Positions 37,501 to 48,800 of a DNA stretch of 64,000 bases are shown piece after piece. The stretch lies in NCBI GenBank assembly GCA_964035545.1, contig OZ037773.1:7965751-8029750 (forward strand), written 5' to 3'. This stretch comes from Bugula neritina (taxonomy: Eukaryota > Animalia > Bryozoa). Under the pieces are notes generated by a model. That model was not told the DNA's origin and ran no database searches. It worked only from the letters and a program-made list of their open reading frames with translations. The translations under genes and the position numbers were made by a program. How positions within the stretch are numbered: position 1 is the first letter of the stretch; the number at the start of each line of letters is the position of its first letter.

Positions 37501-40500
37501 GTCAATCTCCATTTCATCAAACTCAGTCACATGACCTGAAAGATAGAGTTGTTGCATGGCAATCAGTTGTATATCAGTAATTAGTATCACCAGCTGTTTA
37601 GTTCTGTTAGTTGAGAGTTTGGAACAAGAATGGTTTACAAAAAGTGGTCAGTAGCTTCTTTCGTTTGTAGTTTCAACCAGCAACAGTCTTAACTTACAGA
37701 AGGAGCACATAGTAGCCAACCATATTGTTTTGATAGTCACTATGATAATGAACTTACATTACAACGTTATGAAAACTTATCAACAAAACTTATGATCACA
37801 CACTAGCTTTCATTATGCAGTGTTTAGCACATTTAAACTACTGAACAAAAGACATAAACAATGAAAGAGATCCTCCAAGTAAACATTGCACTCTCTAAGA
37901 TACGTACTTGATAACTTGGGAAGTACTTTTTTCTGCCCAGCCACGCCATTTGAAGCCTCAGTGTTGGGTCCTTCAGAATTGTATGGAATTTCACCATTCA
38001 TATTCACCCAATTATCTTTTCTGAAAATCAAATTAGATACAATAATATTTGTCAGTAGAGTGATTGAATGGAAGGAATTGGGTGATAAGGCAGCATAGAC
38101 AGAAAAAATGCAGGGCAAATGAAAAGCAAAGAAATGCTAAAATTTATGTAGCTGATTGGTGAAAGCTGATTGGTTTACTGGTGAAAGCTAATTGGCTGAT
38201 TGGTGAAAGGTAATTGCTGACTAATGATTGGTCGTTGTTCTGAATTTTAATGAATTTGATAAATCAGTTTAATAGCTTCTACGGTTTTAGAGCAGATTTA
38301 TATTAATTTGGTTATTTAATTAATTTGGTATTTAATTAGGCAATACAACTCACAGTCATTTTCTGAGTAGTTCTTTCAATAAATCTTTGATGGAAAATAT
38401 AATTTATTAGATAAAGCAACAGAATATACCTGGGAGCTAAAGTCAATGGCAAATCAGTTTCACTAACAGACTGATAACTGTATGTAACTATCAGTGGGTT
38501 AGCTTAGAGTACTTATGCCATAAATAGACTCATTAAACTATATAAGAATTAGATCAACTCTGTATATTTACATATTAAGACACCACACAGCTTGCTAACA
38601 GACAGTATTGCATATCTATATGTACAAGATTATGAGAGTTTGAGTAGTAGAGTTATCCCACCTTTGTTTTATAGCACCTTTAACTATAGTATCTCTCACA
38701 TCCTGAGCTCCCTTTACTTGGTCCACTACAATATATACATTGTGTAAACTATAAGAGACAGTGATCAGTAACTGATAAAAATTATACATTACTAACAATA
38801 ACAACACTTCATTCTACCTAGCTGATTATCTACTTGATGATACTTACGTATGTGATCAGCCAAGTTGTAGTTAGCAGGGCAGGGCAACTCCAGAGAAGCG
38901 AAATGTTGAGCACAATTTTTAACTTCACCAAAATACGCCATTTTACCGTCACAGAGTAGTAATAGCTTGTCAAACATGTTGAATATTTGACTTGAAGGTT
39001 GATGTATAGATGCAATCAATATCTTGCCTGAGTCTTTAGCAAACTTTTTTAATGTGGTACACAGACTAAAAGCATTTGAAGAGTCCAAACCAGATGTGGG
39101 TTCCTACAAAACACCATAAGTTCCGATATATAGTAAGGGTGGGTATACTTATGTCTAGTAACATGAGAGCAGGTTTCACAGGCTATATATAGTAAGGGTG
39201 GGCATACTTACATCAAGTAACATGAGAGCAGGGTTAGTTAATAGTTCACAGGCTATTGTTGTTCTCTTTTTCTCCCCTCCAGAAAGCCCTCTCACATCTG
39301 TGTTACCAATCTCTGCAGAATTAATGCATTTATAACTGAATGAAGCAGCTTCAACTTCATGTTTATTCAACTATGAAATAATAAACATAAAATTGACATT
39401 TAAATATATATAAATTATAGAAGCGCATGATGAACCACTTTTACAGCACCCTGCTTAAATAAGAACTAGCCAAACAAAAGGCATTGTGGGACAGGGTACA
39501 TACTTGTGTGGAGGCACTTCTCCATATCCAGTGCATCTACCAACTCCATGATTCTTTGCTTCTTTTCAGCTCTTGGCATGGATCCAGGAAGCCTTAGCAA
39601 AGCTGTGAACTGAAGGTATATACAGATATGACATGACACATGAAACATGTAATTGATAGCCATACAGCTATGACATAACACCCAAAGGTGAGGGTTTGTT
39701 AGTGTACAGCTATACAAATGACATGTTTCCATATGTGATAGTAAAGTATTGTCTCAAAGTACACACCCAGAGTGTTTCCCAACAGGTCAGATCTTCAAGG
39801 AATATATCTTGTTGAAGTACATAAGAAATCTTTCTCTTCAGTTGCTTAGTTATAGGTCTAGAGTTCAAGGTCAAAGTACCGGACTCAATGGGCCGTCTTC
39901 CAGCTAAACAGTTAAGTAGAGTTGTCTTCCCAGCTCCTACAACACACAGCTGTAGTATTGGTTTTACTAACTGACAATTTGGGAGACCATGGAACAAACA
40001 CAGTAAAACAATTGAGCCAATTTTCTCGTAGAGGTTTTGTGAGAGAAGTGAATAAATAATAGCCTAAATTGAAAATATGCACTAGAGTTGAACATTTTTC
40101 TTAGTAGCACTAAGGAATAGCTGAGTTTAATTGGACAGAAATGAGAACAAAACATACTCTGCACTTGATTACTTCGCAGTAAATTAACTGAAACATTCTA
40201 TTGGTCAGATAAAACATCAAGTCACAAATTATCATTTCACACAACTTTCATTTTATCTAATAGTAATTGATATATGCTCTAATAACAGTTTTTGCGAAAA
40301 ACAAATTTCTCATCTGAAGAGATGAAGTTTGATTATGTTAGATGAATAACTGATAATCCTCTGTTTTATTCAGACGACTGACCTAGCCTGCAGTTCCTTA
40401 CCATTTTTCATCTGATACCCCAGGCCTCTTAAGACCACCCCAGGTCCAGGAGCACTTGCTACAACTAGACATCTAAGGCTACCTGAGGTGTAGATTAACG

Positions 40501-41310
40501 CATAAACCATCACCAATCACCCTTCACCTTAGCATATACTAGTCACGACTAAATATAGAGACTTAAAGTAATATTTACCAGAAGGACCCATAATGGCTAC
40601 CATCTCCCCAGGTTTAGCCACACCATACACATCTTTTAATATCTCTCTCTTGTCTATTTTAACACACAGGTCTGTGAACTTCAGTTCATAGCTTGCAGAA
40701 AAGTAGTGTTTGGCAGGGGATTTCCTATACAACATAACATTGAATGAGACATGGTGATTCAATGTAAGTCACATACTATTTAGTGTAAGTCACTCATGAT
40801 TTAGGCTAGGTTACACATGATTTAATGTAAGTTACATAGAGGTAATTAGAATAAGACACCTAATCAGCAGGATGGAAAACTACACGATAAACTCATCTAT
40901 GTTCTCATACTGATCTTTTAATGTTTGAATAACAATATTTATTGAAAATAAAATTAAGAAAACTATATTTCAAGAAAGCAAAATATTTTAGACTCAAATA
41001 TAAACAAGTTAAAAGTTTAGAGTTTGCTTTTATAAAAAATTTAAACATGCTTCGAGAAATTATTTTCTCAATTTTTTAGCACAATTACATATTTTCATAC
41101 AAAAAATATTGTACTTTGTAAGAACTACGTGTGCATAGGTACAGCTAGAGTATGATGTAGAGAGCTAAGAGCATGCAGCTCTAAGTGAGCTCCAGTGAAG
41201 GCCACATGGTGATTGTTAGCTCAGACAGATAGAGGTTAAACCACTTACGGACACGACTCCAAATGGTCAGATGTTGGAATAAACACGTGAAGTTCAGGAT
41301 CCTGTTCCAT
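34589..41310 (-). CDS. ABCG: ABCG half-transporter (NBD-TMD), paralog A, ~672 aa
   Basis: 14 exons: 41310-41249, 40724-40579, 39936-39767, 39609-39504, 39312-39212, 39103-38848, 38725-38662, 38020-37908, 37535-37418, 37036-36901, 36565-36508, 36089-35872, 35394-35189, 34853-34589 (2019 nt). Walker A GPSGAGKTT, Q-loop YVLQQD, signature LSGGEKKR, Walker B LMLLDEPTSGLD, H-loop [22 protein letters not shown]. The first exon is the least certain. Confidence 0.93.
35397..35630. repeat. Intronic minisatellite (ATATACAGTATAACACAGTA-like) abutting an ABCG-A acceptor
   Basis: Tandem degenerate units; a homologous, longer array lies in the same intron of ABCG-B. Confidence 0.85.
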
Positions 41311-42889
41311 TCTCTCAATGGCCGATACAGAAATTCAAGTAGATAGTGTAGAATAGATTTGATAAGTGAACAGAAGTTGTTTCCACTTACATAAACATCA
41401 GCTAGAGCTATAAATATTACATTTAAAATTGATGGAACACAAGGAAGGTACAACTCCAAATAAATAATTAAAAGTTAACATATAAAATTTGCACAAACAA
41501 AATTAATGTTAAAAAACAAACAAAAACTCAGATAAAGACTGAAATGGTGCATACTAGAAAAACTGTGCGAATAGTGGTTGAATACCGAATAGCAGAATAG
41601 ACTGGATACTAGGGCAAAAACGTAGAGGTAAAGGTCACTAATTGTCTAAATAAACAATGAAATGTAAGCAGAAAGTAGACAGCCAAGTGACGAGTACTGC
41701 CTACTGTTATATAAACATTCAATACAGATCAGGTTGCTGCCAACAGGTCATGAAATTGTCTCAGAAAATATCTATTCAGAATACCTATGTTATTACAAAT
41801 AATTCTACTGAAAGTATTACTTTGATATTACAGTATGTTTGTTAAAAGCACTTTATAATTAGCTGGTGGTATAACCAGGTATTATCTGCCATGGCTGTCA
41901 TACCTATGAACTCTTTATATGGCTGCTGATAAACAAGTTGATATAAAAAGTTTCTAAAACACTAGTTTTTATGTAACTAATAATCCCAGGTTTCATCAGG
42001 TTTTTATTTAAAATGCTAGAAGCATTTCAGTTGGTACTTCTACTGTTATTTACTATTTTAATTTCGCTAGAGGAATATGTCATTCAGAACAACAAAATCA
42101 TACAAAAATTACATAATTATAACTGCAATCTTATGTGAAAGAAATACAAAGTTTGTTTAAAACAGCAATATGTGGTATGAAAGCCCAACAAAAATAATAA
42201 CAACGGCTTCAACACTTTAGGGCTTCCAAATCTTTGGAGGTGTGGCAGTTCCCATGCATGTTGATAGTTTTGTTACATTACTAAAAGCTATTGGTGCACA
42301 TTGATTGATCATATTTTAAGCTAATTAAGCAATTTAAGCATTTTCTTTGTTAATATTTTTCACCATTTTGATGTGATCTTATGACGAGACTATTATACAA
42401 TAATCATAGCGTGACTATAGTCACAAGTGTGAGCTCATTTCATGAGTTACACATACAAGTCAACTATCAATAGACACCCTACTAATTTAACTAACCACCT
42501 GAAGACTTAGAAATTTGAATGTGGAGCCAGAAAAGCATATATCTAGGTTGAAGTCAGTAAGCATAATTATAATTAAATTGATGAGTTATTATAACTTATT
42601 AGTAGTGATACTGGTCAAACTAAAAGTAGCGTCATTAGAATGGGTATTACACTAATACTTCATAATAATTTTACATACGCAGCGATGCTACTTTGAGTAT
42701 GGGTATGGTTCAAAATTGATTACATCAATGTACGCTATAGTCTACTAAGATAAAAAATTATAATATATTTAGAACAGTTTTTATAGCCCATTTAAACTAA
42801 GATTTATGATTTGGGTTAACGGATTTAATCCATACTTTTCAGTTTCACAAATGATCTTCATCATAAATATTAAATTTCATATTAACATC

Positions 42890-43385
42890 AATATTGATGA
42901 TAATCATTCATTTATGATAATAATAAATGTAATAACATAAATATCATTACACATTATTATGATTATTTTTATTAAAACTATTAAATATATATGGAATTGA
43001 TAATGAATATGAATATCAATGACACTTTTCAATATGAATATAACTATCAGAAAAGCAATATGAATATAAATATTCACTTTTATTTTTAATATGAATACCA
43101 TTAACCGTTTTAACCAATTGCAATTACTATTCTGTATTCACTTATTGCCATTGGTGTTACTGTTACATTTACTACTACTACTAGTACTACTACTAGTACT
43201 AGTAGTAAATGTAATCACAATTATAATAGCAATAATTATAATCATTATATTTATAACTATTCATAATGATAACTATGAATAATAACGATAATGACATTGG
43301 TTATCATTACCAGTATGAGTATGACTATGACTGTAACTGTAAGAGTATGACTATCACTATCAGTATGACTATCACTATGAGTAAG
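42890..43385. repeat. Period-3 low-complexity tract (ATAATA, CTACTA, ATGACT, ATCACT)
   Basis: Directly visible, between the divergent ABCG-A and ABCG-B genes. Confidence 0.8.
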
Positions 43386-43611
43386 GGTACCACCAACCGC
43401 AACTTTTCGTTGCACCATTCACCCACACTGCTAAAACCTTGTTACATAAATATTGCCGAAGATATTTAATTTTATAGTTGCAATTATGCTACAATTAAAA
43501 TATTTTATTATAATAAATATAATACAAAAAATAAATGAAGCATCAACATGCCAATAATGAAAATTATTCAACGGTGTTGTGTAACAGAACGCAATAATTT
43601 CATGAACCTGA

Positions 43612-43749
43612 TTTATGAGCAGCTCCGAGTTGGGAGTGACTGAGTGCAGTAGCTCAAAGTTGTCAGTTTTAGAGTTGGGACCCTCAGCTCCAAATCTAAG
43701 AACTTTAGGTAATGCACTCATTCACTCCCAACTGAAAGCTGCTTATAAA
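43612..43749. mobile_element. 138-bp imperfect palindrome (probable old MITE/foldback element)
   Basis: TTTATGAGCAGCTCCGAGTTGGGAGTGACTGAGTGCA... pairs with ...TGCACTCATTCACTCCCAACTGAAAGCTGCTTATAAA, and pairing continues to a ~3-nt loop near 43680. Confidence 0.6.
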
Positions 43750-45829
43750 GCTATTTAATATACTCAGCGAGATCGCTACATAACCTGTGCTCCAATGGAT
43801 TACAAACTAATAGCTTGGACGATTGTTGAATAATAGTCTTTGTCTCCACACTTTCCGAAAGTAAGGGTGACAGAGTCTAGCGCGTCACCTTGGTTTTTCC
43901 AACTTGTACGTTTTCATAAATTGCTGAGAGTTGTCTGCCTACTTGACAGAGGCAAGAAACAGGTGCATCGAAGACAAGGAGTGATAAAAGTGATAAAACT
44001 AAAATTATTGAAAGTCTGTACGTATATGTCTGGCTAACTGATATCACTACTCGAGGATTACTGTTGGTATTCAAAGGCAGAAGGACACAACAGATATGTC
44101 ACCATCCAGATTTATTCAAGTATTATTTTGGTTAAAGAATACTTCATGTTGGAGCTAAAAGCTATATGATGGTGTAGGATGCAGAATTGCAGTTTTCTGA
44201 ATATGGCGTTAGTTTCAATAATTGACATTGGTCTGCGCTCACAAAATTACTTTTCTCATTTATAAACACCAAATCTAAAATTCTGGATATAAACTATGCC
44301 AAACTTGCATCTCATATACTTGAAATGACACAGAAGATAGATATCATAGATATAATTGTTTTTACTAGGGTAGAAGCAAAGTGCTGAATGAACCAGACTG
44401 TTTCTTCTGCCTTGCACTAAAAAAGTAAGTTCAACTGTAGGCAGTGACTGAGCATTTGCTTACATAGATCTAGGACACTTGGTAGTTGGCGCATGCAGCA
44501 ATGTCCTTGTCAGCCTTATGCAAAATAGCCTGCATCTTTACAGACACTTCAAAATACCATCAGAGACATATGAACAGCTCGTCATCTGTCTGGTAAATAA
44601 ATGGAAAGCTTGTGTGAGTTAATGGCTATGAGCTTGATTTATGATTCAAATCTCATTTATATTCAGTATTCATAAGTCATTTATCAATTTAGTTATATAT
44701 TTATTTGCCAACCAATTCTAAACTAGAGGGAGTAATGTATATAACAAATTCACATCTATTTTAGACATAATATTCAGTTTTCTTGTGGAGAATTAAAATT
44801 GGTGAGCTTTTTGCTTTTGCATACCAAATCGTGCCTGAGGTAAGTTGGTTACTTTCAGTCTGAATGTAATTAGTTATATTTTATAGAGAAACTATTTTTT
44901 CTATGAGGCAATATTATATTTTTAGTTAGAATTTGAATTAAAAACACATGCAAAATGATTTAACATCCTAAAAGTGAGTTAAAAACTAGCATAAACTTTA
45001 AATATGTTTCTTGTGATTTTATAATACGGCTTTTAACCCAGCAGCATTCTTTTGAATTATTGCAGCACTTTGTATTTGTACATGTCTTTCACTGCGATTT
45101 CAATTTTCTTAGGCTCTATATATTTGCAAACAACTTTATCGTGGATTTATACATCTTTTTCTGCTTCCGCAAGGAAATTTCTACACTGAAGTTTGGTGTG
45201 CATTGAATGCCACCCTTCTCTATACATATGCAGCTTGCTGAGCACTAAACAAGTACCTGCTTTCTATCTGCAAGAGCTGCATGACTGTGACAGTTTGCAA
45301 TGGACAACTTGACTGCCACATGCCAAATAAGTTGCTAATCAGCTCAAATCAAGTCAAGTCATAGTTCAAATTAACTTACTTTAATATTGATTAAATAATA
45401 TATTTTAAGTTGATTAAATATATTTTAATTTAAGTTCATTAAATAAATATGAAAAATAACGCTTCTAAAACTTTGCTATTGGTTTGACAGAATAAATTAA
45501 AATTAGAATTTTGAATTGCTAAAAATTCAAAGACCTCCAAGAGTCAACTAATATGTTCAAGTCAATTTTTCAGTAAATCTCATAAAGCTAATAACTCTAA
45601 CAGATAACCTTATAAGTCAAGAAATCGCAAGTCCTTGAGTCAGCATGACTTGGACTTAGCTTTGAATGACACCCTATAAAAGCTATCAGCTGCTATTTCA
45701 TTGTGATCATGTTGTATAATAACTAGCTTCAATGAGTAGCAACATGTTTTGATAAGCAGCATAATTAACATGTACCTGCTGGTATTTTGCCTACTACATT
45801 TTTTTAGTAACTTCTAGCTGTTTGGTAAC

Positions 45830-48800
45830 ATGGAGTCTCAAATGTCTGGTACAGATAATGAAGGTTTTGCGGAGACTAAGCTGTAAGTATTACTTACACA
45901 CACTGTAGATACATCTGCTATAGTATGCATGTAAGTATAGTATTTACACATACTGTATAGTTCATTCTGTTTACACAATACAATGTCTGAGGTGTGCATT
46001 GGTAATTTCATTACGTGATTTGCTACTACTATTAAGATAAAGGAACATTCTTTGTGTGATTTTTTCAGAATTTAAAACCAATGATAAATAAAGAAATAGA
46101 AATACATATAGAATATTTTTTGTTTCAATTGTAATTTCAATTACTTCAGTGGTTCTTTTAAGTCTTGAAACTTGAGTTTTGTTTCAACATCAGCTTAACT
46201 CCAAAATTTTCTTTGACATCTATATTCAAGTGCCACCATTTTTCACTATATGCACCACCTTAGGAGTATATTATCAGTCTTGTCGCCTAAACTTCTTAAT
46301 CCACAGTATTTTTATGTTATTTTAACTAACGAATATAATTTGCCTTTCTAAAGTAGCTGGAAAGATGCTTAACAAGCCCATAGACCCAGGTTATCTGTAT
46401 ATTTACATTAGTTACTGTGTGTAATACTCTTTTGAATAGCATAATATTGTCCTATACATATATAGCCTGCTGCTGTTTTAAAATGCTGTGTCATGTACTG
46501 CATGTATTACTTCTTTATACTATAAAATAATCAATACTATACATAATAGTATTTTATATTGTTATATGATACCCATTACTAATTTAGAAGAGTAGCTTTA
46601 TACCATATACTGCAGTGATTTTGTAACAAAGGTGCTAATGCCAGAACTTTAAGTATACTTGTATAGAGGTTATAATGTAAATTACTCTTCACAATTTCAA
46701 AGACTATAAATCATAGCTGGTTGCTAACCAAGGTTATTGCCGCGTAATGTTTCTCAGTAGTTACTGGTTAATATCTGGGGTCAAATTTTTTGATCTCAGC
46801 TATTTAAAATGTTTGTCATCTTTGCCTGTGATATACTTATCATAGTTGTTGTGACTTTATATCAGCTGGCAACGCTTTTCCCTAATTCATGATAGCTTTT
46901 CACATATCACCTCAGCTATGCCAGCTATATTATGCTTTTTCCACACTCACTATGGCTACTACACAATAGCTAACCTTTTTGACTGGTATAAAAATCCAGC
47001 ATTTTCACTTAGTAAAAGACAAGTCCTTATTCTGTTTTTAAAAAGTGGAAAAGAGGCTCATACGTATCGGGGCGGTGACTAAAAGCCCATAAGTTTTAAA
47101 TTTTTTTAGAAGACAAATGATTTATTTAGATACTTGTTTATCTGAGCCATTAGTCAGTTTTACCAAGGCATTGTACTAAAATTCAGCTGTACATATTCAC
47201 AACAATATTGCAACACCACACTTCTTTGTAGCTCTAGATAAATTGAACAAGGTAATAAATCTTGTAAGCATAACTTGTTTGGTTTATCTCAACTTGCTAC
47301 TGAGTTTGCCTACAGTAACTTTTTCTGCAGTTGTTACCCACATACTACCTATTAATATTTTGTGAAACATTAGCCAGATATCTTTTAGCCTATGATTGCA
47401 GGGGGGAGGTGCGGACACAGATTGACCGTGCCCACTATCACTCAAACTATAAACTGGAGTTTAAAGGCTTATCCGTTAAGATAAACAAAAAATTTATTTT
47501 GAAAAATATATATGGTGTGGCTAAACCTGGAGAGATGGTAGCTATTATGGGCCCATCTGGTAATTATTTAATTATATTCATATATTCAGTTACAACTAGT
47601 GTACAATAAGATTAATGGTAACCTAGATTGATGCAGAATAATGCAGCTCAAGTTCATAACGATGCGCCTCAGGTAGCTTGAGGTATTTAGCTGGAGATAA
47701 TGAAAATCCTGCAACTTCCAGCTACTGCTTTTTACACTGCTAAACCTAAATAACCTGGGATACTTAATAACAGTACTGTAATATGTAAGTGGCCTGGAGT
47801 GTTTAGTTATAGTGTGTAAAATACATACGCCTGAGGTAGCCTGGGGTGTCTACTTGCAGTATATAATATACTTACACCTGAGGTAGCCTGCGGGATAGTA
47901 AGTATAGTATAAAGTCTACAGCCAGTATAACATCAGATTCCGTAGATGTTTCTTGTTGTGACATTATGTTGAATATGAAAAGTTTCTGTACTTGTTTTCT
48001 CATTCAGTCACTTTGTGTATCATTTGATAAAACCAGCCGTTTAGATTGCAAAGCTTAAACTTCCTTTTTAAGCTAACTAGAAGCTAACTTAATTAAAGTC
48101 ACATTTTGCATATTGTTAAACTTATATAGCTGCAAAAACAGAAACAAATATCCTTTAAATCATGAATGCCAATAGCATTCCACAAAAATGGAATTGCTAG
48201 CAGTGAACTGTTCACCGTTCTATAAAAGCGATGAGTTATTTCAATTACATGGCAAATCTTTTTAATATCTAACGGAGATATTTCTTTTTATATTTTAAAA
48301 AGCAGTCTTAAGAATATTGCGTCCATAAAAGTTGAAACCAGTAAATGAGAAAGAAACAGTTCTGTGCCTATAAAGTGTAGACTCTCTGAGTAGAACTAAA
48401 CTGTAATTGCCAATCTTTGTTCCAGAAAAGAGTTTGAATCTAGTCTAGCAAAACTATAAATAAATAGTGGCTGAGTAGCTTTTCAGTTGATGGGAATGTT
48501 ATGCTTTATGATTTGTTACTATAGTTTGTAATTGAACTAGTCCATGAATACAATGAACTTTGTATGTAGGTACTGGGAAGACAACACTACTCAACTGTTT
48601 AGCTGGAAGACAAGCAATGGAGTCTGGCACTTTAACCTTGAACTCTCAAAGTCTTACTAAACAGCTGAAGAGAAAGATTTCTTATGTACTTCAGAATGAT
48701 ATATTTCTTGGAAATCTGACTTGTTGGGAAACACTCTGGGTATGTTGCTTGTGACAATGCTTTACTATCATATTATATGGAAACATGTCACTTGTATAGC

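Noticed and set aside
45335-45670. Degenerate inverted ends (CAAGTCAAGTCAT / ATGACTTGGACTT) suggesting a MITE
   Set aside because: The match is short and gapped and no TSD was found.
47829-47890. TGAGGTAG (let-7 5' end) occurrences
   Set aside because: Only the first 8 nt match. The rest is unlike let-7 and there is no ~70-nt precursor hairpin.
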